In this document: positions 50,051-62,210 of the stretch, piece by piece
How positions within the stretch are numbered: position 1 is the stretch's first letter
Layout of the letters: every line of letters starts with the position of its first letter
NCBI RefSeq assembly: GCF_964355755.1
Contig: NC_092675.1
Location: forward strand, 11,341,812 to 11,405,811
Length of the DNA stretch: 64,000 nucleotides
Source: Antedon mediterranea
Taxonomy: Eukaryota > Animalia > Echinodermata
Direction of reading: 5' to 3'
Made by a program: the position numbers and the translations under genes
The notes under the pieces: model-generated
What the model was told of the DNA's origin: nothing
The model's input: only the letters and a program-made list of their open reading frames with translations
The model's database searches: none

Positions 50051-52927
50051 CAATAGAGAGAAATGGCGAACCGCGATGACGTCACTCAAATTTCACCGAG
50101 TGGGTATAGATTGTAAACAAACCATTTCGCCACATGTTTTTGTATGGGAAATTCCGATGGGTTGAGTTAAAAAGGAAGGTAGAAATAGGTATCCCAATGT
50201 AAAAATTCAAATTAATGATGGTACTTTTTCTTTCAGTTAATCAGAAGGAACTTACTGAACATAAACTTTTGCAATTTAAATGATTGAAATCGGATTATCC
50301 ATTCAAAAGTTATGGTCCGTTAAAGTGCCCAAAAAACAGTGATTTTTGCTTGAAAAATGGCACTTTTTCTAATTATATTTGAACCCATTTTTGAAGGGTT
50401 ATAACTTTTATACTAATAATTTTAAAGTTCTTATTTTTTCCAAACCCATAGATACAACAGAGTTGTACAAGAAAAAATTTTTTTTGGGTGTCCTCGACAT
50501 TTTTTTTTTTAGATATCGCCCTACAAAATTCGTCCGAGGGCTTTTTACGCGTGATTTTCCCAAATGTCTCAAAAATGCCCAAAAAGTTCCTGTCTTTAAA
50601 TGATTCATAACTTTTGAACCAATGTGTGAATTAACTTCTTTTTTTTTGCATTGCATAAAATGTAATATGTATTTTAGTAAGGTTATTTATATTGACAGGT
50701 AGGTAATTCTGAAATACAACATAAAATATTGTTAAAAAATGTTAAAATGTGAAAAAAAAAAATATTGCGTTAAAAAACTGTGTGGGTATTGTTTCTTGTT
50801 ATTTTTCGTAAGTATACATTTTTTAAATAATTCTAGTATTTAAATTTATATTTATAATCATATATTATTTAAATTGATTTTCGAACCGCCAAAAATAAGA
50901 ATTAAGCCCGTGCTTATTATGTGTTCGATTCCATTTGGAGCGCCGGGCCGAACGTAGACTCGGCCGCGCCTACTACAAGAATACGATAGGCCCCTAGCTA
51001 GCAAGGTCTAAATAAAAGCCTGACGCTAAATTCTGCCTAAGAAATATCGGGAAGAAATTTTTTATTTAACAAAGTAATTACCTCAATGGTATAATTGTAG
51101 CATGTTTAATTTTATTTCCCTTTCGATTATTCTAACCGAAAGTTGCACTTTGAATTGAAATATACGGAATACAATTTAGGCCTAGAAACAGCGTAGACAT
51201 ACAACGGCAACACAGGCCAAAGCGCGTTTCGGCCGCCTACATAGAATGGCTTACGGCCGCTGCATAGCAAAATCAAAGCTTCTTAAATTTCTTCGGTACA
51301 TTTCTTCCTAACGTACTTGCTTTATATAGTAGATTTATAAATATTCCACTTATTAAATAATTTAATAAATCGGTAAAATTGACGTTTCGAAACAAATATT
51401 CCATGAGAGGCGACATTTTTCGACATGCCTCGTGTGCGGCGAAGACTAGTTCAGAAAATGGAACAGTCCACTGCAGGGGTTATCCAATCATTAATTAACG
51501 CGCTAATACATGCATACCATGCACATTGTGTGGGCGACGATAATTTAGTAATAAGCGGAGAACTGAATCCCCCCCGTAAGGAAAATGGTAAACACTGATA
51601 TTTATGGTAGGGATTATTTTTTTCAGTGGTTGGTCTTGTTGGCCTCTTCGCACGAGGTCCACGCAAAGTCAAATAAAACGATGTGGTTTATCAAACAGAA
51701 ATATAAATTAGCTTCAATTCAATACTAAATTAGCCAGATTTTGATAATGAGAAAGACTAAAAAATTCAATTTTTATCGTTAAAATTGACATTTGAGGCGG
51801 ATGTACATAATAATAATAACCGATTTACATATCAAAATAAAGAGTATTTAAAGCCTGATAACATGCAACAAAAATTACTCCACCACCTATTATGGACCTC
51901 GTGCGATCGTGTTTTGAAAATGGGTAGGTGTTTTCCAAAGTTATTTTTAGCGCGCGGATTTCGGCTCGCCGGCTTTTGTACCTCATTTTTAACTCGCGTT
52001 TTCTATTAAAATATTTAATAAACATAGATTAAAAATATATGAAAATAATCCCTTAAACAAGATCTTTCCAGACATATTTATTTATTCACATGTGTATATC
52101 AGAAATAGTATATTTTTAACTTCAAAGACACGTCACTTTTTGAAATTTCACGAACGTGTTAAAATCGCGGTAACGAAAATCCGCTTCATTGGGATACCTA
52201 GTAGAAAAGAACGTTTAAAACACACATAATAGCAGTATCTTTTTTTTTTTGCAACACCCTTATCAATTTTAATGTTATATGGGCAAATCTTAACATATTT
52301 TATTTTAATTTGGATTGAATTAAGACGCGTTTTTGTTATATACTGTACCCAGCTCTAGGCCCTAGATAGTTGGCATGTATGCTGTAGTACCTCGAGCCTA
52401 GCACGGATTATCGGTTATTATAATAATAATAATATTGGAAATTCGTTATTGCGTACTGTACTCACTACTACTACTTTAGCTAGGGTGCTGCTAGGCGTCT
52501 CCTAGCTAGGTAGTAAGACTAAATAGAGCCTCTCTAGTAGATGTAGGACTAGCATTAGTTTCAGCTTGACAACTGCCATTTTGTTATGTGGCTAGTGATG
52601 CTTCCTGCAGGGGGGCTACCGCCAGTAATGATGCTTGATAACACCATTCTACTATAATACTATAGGCCAAGTCTAATGTAGACCTACAGATATGAGATAT
52701 TTTTAGGAATATGATTGTGAATGATGGATGACTTTTATACATATTATATTGTTTTATTGTGTAAATACACAAATACAACAAGAATTATGAGCGTTACAGC
52801 AACAACATTGGTTAGACAACGCCATGATTCACGTGTATAAACATAGGAAATGTGTCTCCCTCAACGGTTTGTTATGATTTTATACCCACTCGGATTTTAG
52901 ACGTCGGTTCGCCATTTCTCTCTATTG
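50051..52927. mobile_element. TIR element with P-like termini
   Basis: CAATAGAGAGAAATGGCGAACCG / CGGTTCGCCATTTCTCTCTATTG plus inverted CCGAGTGGGTATA; only AAG is shared by the flanks. Confidence 0.65.
50186..52200. mobile_element. hAT-like non-autonomous element with 7-bp TSD
   Basis: TIRs TAGGTATCCCAATG / CATTGGGATACCTA; GTAGAAA on both flanks. Confidence 0.75.
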
Positions 52928-53547
52928 AAGATGAGTATCATTTCACTTTAGTTTGTCCCTTTTATTCAGATATTAGAACTAAATATATTTTCATTTTATA
53001 CAAATAACCCCTCTAAATTAAAATATATTTATCTTATGTCTACTATCTCATTACTAAGCTTGGAAAATATATATATTTTTTTCATTTTAACGTAGAACAG
53101 AATTCTTAAACGCACTCTAATGTTATTGATTGAATTTTTACATTGTATATTATTTGGGCCAAAAGCCATATAAATAACTATTTTTTTGGATCATTCCAAG
53201 AAAGAAAGTATACATAAATATATTTACCCTTCAAATTGTACTGCTGTACTTTTTTGGTTGGTTTATAGCCTTGTTGGTTGTATTCAAGTAAACTGGAAAT
53301 CACCTGCAATTGTGTATGAAAAAAATTGAAGGAAAATTAAGAAATATAGGATATTTAGTTTAAGGAAACGGAGACAGACTAAAACAGCATGGATTAGTTT
53401 GCTTTATTATTAGATTAGTAGGCTAGCCTAGGCTTAGGATATGTTAAAATAGCAGCCATGCATGTCATCACGACACTAGCTAGAGTAGTGATAATACAAC
53501 ATGCAGAACAGTAGTACTACTGTAGCTAGTTTGGGCCTACAACTACT

Positions 53548-53620
53548 AGAGGCCTAGGGCTAGACTTTAGAGGCCTAGGGCTAGACTTTAGAGGCCTAGG
53601 GCTAGACTTTAGAGGCCTAG
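53548..53620 (+). repeat. 21-bp tandem repeat (AGAGGCCTAGGGCTAGACTTT x ~3.5)
   Basis: Direct inspection. Confidence 0.85.
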
Positions 53621-54147
53621 CCTAGTAGGCCTAGGCCCCCCTAGGCCAAAATAACAAAAGTGATCATGAATGAATGGAAATAAATCTCGTTTGTGTGGTA
53701 ATGACATGTAGGCTAATAATAGGTTAATAATATAGTATTGTTGGGCTTTGTTTCTAGCCTACTATAGGCTAGTACTATGTAGAGGCCAATAAGACAATTT
53801 GCGGTCGTACACAGCCATGTAATCAATCAGCTAGCAAGGTGGGGCAAGCCAAGGCTGAAGCGCCTAGCTTACTAGCCAGCATGCAGCGAGCGGCGAGGCC
53901 TCCATTTTGTTGTCGATCTTTGATCATAGTTTGTAGGCCTATGCCTATAGTAATAAGAGATAATAATAGACATATATGTCAGGCCTACCTTTTATAAAAC
54001 AGCAAGATTTGTGCCTCATCCTTAATTTGATGCGATTAGCCAATAATACCCATTCTAGACCTGGCATCTCTGTACTGCGTGATCGCCGATTTTGCCGCCG
54101 AGCTACACTGGCACAAAAACAAAGGGAGCCGTTTTTGGCAAAGATAC

Positions 54148-56468
54148 TATAGCGCCACGAAGTGGCGCAAGATAGGGAACTCCTATCTCTTATACACTGC
54201 GCATGAGTGAAATTCCATGGGCAGCCATTCCGGCAAGCAAGTTACGCGATCACATACCCCGGAAGTGTATAATAAACCATTGAACCACATCCACGTGTGA
54301 CGTGTTATTGTTTGTTCGGGAAGTTTTCTCGTGTTGTATTGGGTAAATTGTAGTGGTAAGTTTTTAGAATATATATTTTTTTGTTAGTAAACATTAACAA
54401 AATTATTAAATTGTTGTTTAAATTTAGTTCAGGCAGGCGTTTCTCTGCGCAATCCGATCTAGGGCCTAGTACTAGTAGTAGTAGGCCTGGGCATATTTAA
54501 TGCCGAATACTAGGCCTAGTTTAGTTAGTATGATTAATAAAAAAAAGTCTGGGAGGATGAATGATATTGATTGGCGTCTTGATGATAGATGGATCAAACA
54601 AGGCTTGGATGGATGGAAGATTAAGAAAAAAACTGAAGCTGTTCGGGAATTAGGAATTTTTAATAAAAATGTACAAGACAATATAGCGTTTTATTAATAA
54701 TAACATTAACAGAAATAATTAAATGTAATGAAATCAAAAATCGTGAGGATGTTGTTATTGTTGTTAATTTGTCGTTGTCTTGCTTTACATGTTTGTTTGT
54801 CTTGTTTTGTTTCTGTTTGTTTAAACTCCAATATGATTACAATTTCTTAACTGGCTACCCGTCACAAGTTTTTTTGGAGGGAAACCTCCAAATGTTATTA
54901 CTTTCTGGGTGTTGCCTCTTAATTATTTATATTTAAATTGTTATTTTGTTTACTTTGAAATGATAAGAAATAAATGTTATTATGAATGAATGAATTGTTT
55001 GTTTTTTTTATTTAATAAATTTAAATTATAAATTTGATCCTCATATTTATTTAGTTAATTAATGTAAACATTTTTGAATACTTACAATTATTAATAAATA
55101 GTATATTGACTTTTGTTTTGAATTTAAAAATGTATAGTATTTTAAAATACTATAATAAGTAATCAAATGATTATGTAACAGTTCGAAAAGTGACCTAATA
55201 ATTTAATGATATATTTTTCCCTATTTCAGAAAGATATAAGTCTGTCATCATACTGTAAAATTGAGAAGATAGATGATTGAGTGCAAAGTGGTATTTTACA
55301 CAAGAATTAAATACAAAGGCCAGAACTGATGGACAATTATATTTCAATAGTAATAATAGTTTATATTTTTGATTCTTGAAAAGGAGCAGTATCCTATGGG
55401 ATTACAAATAAAATCACTATTTTCACACACCTCATACTTTTAAGTGAAAGGAAATAACCAGAATTCAGTTATTATCAGTACTGTTGTTTAGGCCTATTGG
55501 CTTCTTTTGTAATACAAGAAATCAAAATAATAGAATTTTCCTTGTATTTAAGAAGGCTAAAACCATACATTCGTAATTTATTTATTGAGTGTATTTAATT
55601 ATTCCATCATTATTTATTAATATTGTATAAAGTGAGATTTTTCAGTATTTTTATTGCATTTTAATCCTGTCTGTAATATTGAAAGTTGAGCTAATAAAAG
55701 TGGGTTGAAAAGAACAAATTATGATTATGAATTTTTAAAATTAATATTTAATACTTTTACTTTTTTGAAATTAAAAAAATGTAACAATTGTTTTTGTATC
55801 TAGTAATGTTTGTACAGTATACTACAGTTGTGGCAGATCGTAGTAAAATTCCCCTTGCAATGAAATAACTTTGTAGGCCTGAAGCACACAAAATAGAAAG
55901 AGAGGGTCCGAACAGGGGAAAGAACATCCCCCTGCCCATTAATTTTTTTTTTTTTTTTAAATTAAAAAGACAGTTTTGGACAATATATTTGGCAATTATT
56001 ACAATTCATCTCCAAAAAAATGCTTCTCTCGCACATAAACTAAGCCATCATCCCAGCCTAGGCCAAACGCGGCCGACCTTGGGCGTGAAGTGCGTAGCAT
56101 CGCGCTGCGCCCCGCGACACTATTTATAACTATGCCTCAACCGACTGCCTACAAAATTCGTCCTTCATACAGTCAGTGTTTATTCTGTAGCCGTTTGAGG
56201 TTGGACAGTGATATACGCATATGTAAGTGTAATATCAAATGGAGTAAATTTATATAATCGAATTTTATATAGATGTTCTTTCATTTTGACGCGAAAGATA
56301 AAATAAAGTCGTACTGTTTATCGCGTAGATGTAAATCCTATTTGTTTTCATTGATTTGGTGGCGTGCCGCATTGCCTACTGGGTAATCCGCTTGCCGGAA
56401 TGGCTGCCCATGGAATTATCATTTTTTGAGCGTCAGTTCCATATCTTGCGCCACTACGTGGCGCTATA
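54148..56468. mobile_element. Unclassified element with ~90-bp imperfect inverted ends
   Basis: TATAGCGCCACGAAGTGGCGCAAGATAGGGAACT...AATTCCATGGGCAGCCATTCCGGCAAGC is mirrored at 56390-56468. Confidence 0.6.
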
Positions 56469-57300
56469 CGATCTTTGGTTTTTGGCTGTTGGCTTGCAGT
56501 TTTCTGATTGGTTGTTTACGGTCTGCCGGCCTATACGACGCATGCTCCATTATTTTCAAAAAGTTGTGCAGTATTTCTTATTCTTTACTCGATTTTATTT
56601 GATTTAATTTAAATAATTGTTTGTTGCAATAATATAGGATTACAAATAATAATATTAATTATATTTTGAATGGTAATTACGGACCATGCTTCTATTCCCG
56701 TCACCTCAACCCAGAACACCCCCCCCCCCACCTCTCCCCTGGGTCCTCTCCCGTACTCCCACGACGTACACCCAGCCATCCGCTTTCGCTCTTCTCCGAA
56801 TTCCCTTGGTTGTTAGGAAAAAAACTAGTTGCAAAACCAATTGAAACAACCTTGCCCGGTTGAAAAACCCATTGGACCAGTTGACTAGTTGAACTCAGTT
56901 GAGCTTTGGGAATACCAGTTGGCCAGTTGGAAAAACCAGTTGACCTGTTGAAAAACCAGTTGACCAGTTTGAAAAACCAGTTGACCAGTTTGAAAAACCA
57001 GTTGACCAGTTGAAAAACCAGTTGACCAGTTTGAAAAACCAGTTGACCAGTTGAAAAACCAGTTGACCAGTTGAAAAACTAGTTGACCAGTTGGAAAAAC
57101 CAGTTGACCAGTTGGAAAAACCAGTTAGACCAGTTGAAAAACCAGTTGACCAGTTGTTAAAACCAGTTGAACCAGTTGGAAACCAGTTAGACCAGTTGAA
57201 GACCAGTTGGACCAGTTGAAATTTCCAACTGTTCTCAACTGGAATTTTTACCTGGGCAGGTAGCCTACGTTGGCTAGGTTACAGGACTGATTGCCCATAA

Positions 57301-57537
57301 AACATTCGATGTATAAATATCAACACCCCAGACAGTGTAATAATGACCTTTCCAGACCGAAAACCATTCTGGTTTGACTGAGGGTCTGGGCTTCTCCAAG
57401 ATTACGCAAGTTGTCTAGGACCTCTTCAGGTAAAGCTTCAATAATGGGGCTATTCGATTCGATTCGAACATTCGATGTATAAATATCAACACCCCAGACA
57501 TTGTAATAATGACCTTTCCAGACCGAAAACCATTCTG
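57301..57537 (+). repeat. Direct duplication of ~70 bp (57301-57371 and 57467-57537)
   Basis: AACATTCGATGTATAAATATCAACACCCCAGACA.TGTAATAATGACCTTTCCAGACCGAAAACCATTCTG occurs twice. Confidence 0.85.
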
Positions 57538-59741
57538 CCCGAAATTACGATACTCTCTCGATACAACTCCATATTTTATTAGTGGAAAATGCATTTTTAT
57601 TTAACATCAATCTTATCAAGCCAGCCAAAGACTGAATACGTACATCAAAAGTACAAAGAACAATGTATAAACCTATAAACAATTATTTGCAATTAGCTAT
57701 GTATAATAAATAAAATCAACCATGAAGTTGTAAAATAAGCATAGAAACATAACATTTATATCTAGCATTTTTAACATTATTATATTCAAACAACAGCATC
57801 GGACTCTGTTTTCAATTTAAATCGTTTGATTCGTGAGTCGAGGTAAAGAAAGTGCTTTACCATTTTTCTTTCAAAAGCATAGGCCTATAGCAAACAAGGC
57901 CAACAGCCACTGTAAGTCGCGTGCAGTTCAAAGAGTACAGAAAACGCGATAAAACGCAAAGTGATATCGGACCGACGCTTTCACGCGACTAAAAACAAAA
58001 GTAAATATAAAACCTAACTAGATAGAAAAACTAAAAACAGTTAATTTAAATATAGAATCATATAAACATATACAGATACAAAATTTACATATTTGTAACA
58101 AAACATATTTTAAATTTAATACAGACCACATAAATAAATCGAGATAGAATTTGTAGAAGGTAAGTTTGCGTTTGCTGGGTTTTACAAAATAATGCTAATA
58201 CACGCGTCCACACAAATGGTGCACGTGTAATACGTATCAACAAACCTAACCCTGGGAAGGTTTTAAACAATATACTGTACTTCAAAAAATCACCCGAGTG
58301 CATGGAGTTGTAATTACAACTCCCTGGTGTTAGGAAGTGTAGGGGTGGGTGAGTATTACGAAGATACTAGAGTTATGTGGGTAATGATCGGTATCAAAGT
58401 GATCAGAATTGTACTGGGAATGTTTTATATAACATTTTGAAACCCGTCCTTGGGCAGGTATACTTGCAAGTAATAATAAGTGGCTATCAAAGTTATGTTT
58501 TTGATCGTAGGCCTATAACTGTCAATCTTCGAGTTTACAATAACAACCCCGCCTTCTAATTTAAATGTTAAAACGTTTTGTGCCACGCTTGAGTAGGCTC
58601 AGCTAACAAAATTCATTTTGTCGCGACAAAATGAATTTTGTTGCAACAAAATGAATTTTGTCTACACAGAATGAATTTTGTCTACACAGAATGAATTTTG
58701 TCTACACAGAATGAATTTTGTCTACACAGAATAAATTTTGTCCACACAAAATAAATTTTGTCAACACAAAATGAATTTTGTCAATACAAAATGAATTTTG
58801 TGTTGACAAAATAAATTTTGTATTGACAAAATTAATTATGTGTAGACAAAATTGTAATATTTCGACAAAATTAGCAATGTCCCATACGGCGCCCCGTACA
58901 CGAATAGGCTACATTCGCTACATTTTTAAATTTTCGTGTATTCATTAGGCCTAAATTCACTTTAATTATTATCATTAACAAAAGTTAATCCACAACTAAA
59001 CAATAGTTAACTTAACTTTGATTTAACTAGAAAATAGTCGTTAACTCTTAACTTAATTCTTTGTATAAAACTCAAATACCGATTTTCTTATGAATTCTTG
59101 TAATGTGTGCACTCAACCTAAAATATCTAGGCTGGCGTAATAAATTCCTCGCATAGTTATATAGCACATACACGAATTACATTAATGTATCCACAGAGAA
59201 AAACTCTGATAAAAGAAAATAGAGTCCATTTCCATGTATGCATTAGTTAGTTATTAGTGTATTTTGACATCTAAATCATCGTTTAGATTAGATCGTTTGG
59301 TATTATATGACCCAGATATTGAAATTTGTTTTAGGTTACCCATATGTCTTCTTACTAATTGGGGATAAATTACATTAAATTACATACAGACTTCTTCTCA
59401 TTAGTATTATATATAAAATATCACGATTAGGCCTATAAGCATATAGGCCTACTTTTGACACACACATTTACAATGTTCTAGACCATTCATACTTGGTGCA
59501 TTGCAGCAACCAAAACTATATTGTCGGCGTACTTACTTTAATAAATGCAGAGGGAAGAGCACTTTACCGTCAAGATAAAATAAGCTTCTGTGTACTTATT
59601 TAGATCTTCCATACCAGTTCTCCTAATAAACCTATTTAATGTGTCGGTGAAAATATTAATTCACAATTTTAGTAAATAGCTCCAGCAGCAGGCACCGGTT
59701 GATTTAATAATGATTTATTATTTTTGATATTTTTCATGAAG

Positions 59742-59899
59742 GAGTGGAAGTGCCTCAGGGCGAACAGAAATTCTTTATAACATTGATCCGATGGCGGTGT
59801 TGAGTAAAGGGGGTAAGAAATGGAACGGACAATCGTTCGATGTTAAGATCAGTGCTGCCATTAGGTCTGGTGATATGAAGCTAATTACAGGCGACAAAG
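59742..59899 (+). CDS. ARSB: Arylsulfatase B-like exon 6
   Basis: RTEILYNIDP...SAAIRSGDMKLITG; phase 2 in, phase 1 out (G|GTAAGC). Confidence 0.9.
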
Positions 59900-60242
59900 G
59901 TAAGCACAACGTTGATGATTTCACAAAGATTAATTAGAAATTTCCCAATAGGCCTACAGTTGTATATTTTTTAAATATTCAACATACATTTTGTCAGACT
60001 GCCGTCCTTCTATCACCTTGTGCCTTTTCACAATTATTATTGTACATTCCTGTTAACAACATGTCAACTTTTTTTTTGTATTGTACCATATGGACAATTC
60101 ATTGTCTGAAATAAAAGTTGAATTGAAAACAAACAAACTACAGACAACACACAAGTGGTATAAATGAATATTGAAGTGAATATAAGTAAAGTTTTGTATT
60201 GTGTGAAAACGAAAAGTAATTTAGGCATAATTAATAAAATAG

Positions 60243-60514
60243 GAACTGATGGATGGATTGCTCCTCCAGACGCCTCATTGACGTCTGTATCTGGTCCTGC
60301 ATACTCGGGACAAGTCGCCTGGCTTTACAACATCACAGCCGATCCTACAGAAGAGAATGATCTTGCCGAAACCGAAATTGATACGGTGATTGCGTTATTG
60401 GATAGACTCGCCGTGTATGAAGCGGATGCAGTTGCAGTAAATTACCCGGCTTCGGAGTCTGGTGCCAATCCAAACACCAACGGCAATGGAGGTGTATGGG
60501 GCCCGTGGGCATAA
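60243..60514 (+). CDS. ARSB: Arylsulfatase B-like exon 7 (last)
   Basis: DGWIAPP...WLYNITADPTEENDL...GGVWGPWA*. The seven exons sum to 1494 nt, i.e. 497 aa plus stop, in frame. Confidence 0.93.
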
Positions 60515-60883
60515 TATAATGTTTGCCAAAATTGTTGTTAGAAGTTTTTTTGTTTGCCATATAACTTTTATTCCATCATGTTTTATGAGACTTCTGTCCC
60601 ATTTAAATTAAATTAAAACTACAACTAGTACAGTAACCGGTATAATAACGTCTATATACCTCGCATATGAGTGTGTTCACTGCCATTTCTTATTGTAGAC
60701 ATTATGCCCTTTTCCATACTCTACATTACGATTTTGCTTGATCCTTATTAAAACATGAAATCTCTATTAATCTTTATATTATTATTTTTTTTAAATTGTT
60801 TTATATAATTTAGTACCGTACACACTTCTTTATGTAAACGTCAATGTTTCTCATTACAAAAGGTAAAACTAATTTGTATAATA

Positions 60884-62210
60884 AACTAGATTTGAACTCG
60901 TCACTATGGACGAGTTAGGTTATCCGCCGCGCAAACTCCACGTGCACGTCATACGGTAGTATATTGCGCACAGAAAAAAGATTATGCTATTGTGTCTGAA
61001 GAAAATAAAATTATATTAGTGTGCTCTCTATTTTGTATACATTGTTTATATACAGTATTCACTCAGTGCAGTTTTGGTGAAAATTATGGGACCCGCCTTT
61101 TATTCCATTTTTTAACATCATAACGTCATCAAAATGAAACACGTAGATATATCAATTTTGGAAGAAAATTATGTGAGCAACAACATATTAACGTGTTGAA
61201 GAAATTTGGATACGTAGAATATGGATGCGCGCTCTTAAATGTCATGAACTATGACGCAAAATATGAAAATACGACTTTTATAATTAAACTGGCCATATAA
61301 TGACGTCACAACATCCGATTCGCAAAAATGTCCACATGAATTCATATCTACAGTTCAACAGCTTCCCGAAAACGTTTAATCATGAGTATCACTTTTCATT
61401 CTGAAGAGCTATAACATATTGAAATTTACTGTAATGATGAAAATAGGTGACCCAAGTAATGCACGATTTTGAACATGATGACGTCATCAAAATTTTTAAA
61501 AATGGTAAATCATGCGAAAGATAATTGACTGACCTAAACAATATCAAAATCTGAGGTGGGGGATGGAATACGGATAAGTGAAGATGCGCTCTATATCAAA
61601 TGTGATGAGCTATGAGGAAGAGACAAAAATCCTATATTTTATATTCGAGTGGCCATATGATGACGTCACAATGTCCGGTTATCCATATTGATGCATGATC
61701 CGATATCTACAACTCATCATCTTCCAAAATAGGATAAATAAAAATAACTTTGACCCTTTATTTTAGAAACTATGACTGTAAAAAGGCAAAATCAAAACGC
61801 ACGCGAATTGTCCAATTCGAAGTGTTCGTATGATGTGATTTTAAGTCGAAATTGTTTAAAAATTGGTAAAATTACTAGAAAAGGCTGGAAAAACACAATT
61901 CACGCTACGTCCGCACCGAGTGCGAAAACATTTGCGCTGGCGTTGAAATTTTGATATACTTAAAATGACATGAAACGCTTATATAGTAGATTAGAAATTT
62001 ATTTTTGCACTTTAAAATTTGAAACGCACGTTCGCGTGTAACTTTCTCTAGCACATGATATATATTAAAAATTTTGCTAAGTTTCAATTTAAAATGTTAT
62101 TTGGTTTACGACCTATGTTAAATACGCTAAATTCGTAAAATCGCACGTAAATCACTTTGAAATTAGACGCAAGGCAAACTTAAGCATGAACAAACGAAGA
62201 ATAACAGTAC
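60884..62210 (-). mobile_element. HINE-like element downstream of the gene (right boundary uncertain)
   Basis: AACTAGA plus AACTCGTC...GACGAGTT stem-loop as at 36314; internal TGACGTCACAA/TGACGTCATCAAAAT units shared with 36580-36800 and ~2600-2780. Confidence 0.45.

Larger units (their letters stand above)
49309..57256. mobile_element. EnSpm/CACTA-like non-autonomous element
   Basis: TIRs CCCAGGTAAAAATTCCAGTTG / CAACTGGAATTTTTACCTGGG; 2-bp TSD CA; CCAGTTG subterminal arrays at 49320-49575 and 56850-57240. Confidence 0.8.
47845..58898. mobile_element. IS3EU-like non-autonomous element filling most of intron 5
   Basis: TIRs TACGGGGCGCCGTTTGGGACATTGCTAAT / ATTAGCAATGTCCCATACGGCGCCCCGTA; 6-bp TSD CACGAA. 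Confidence 0.75.
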
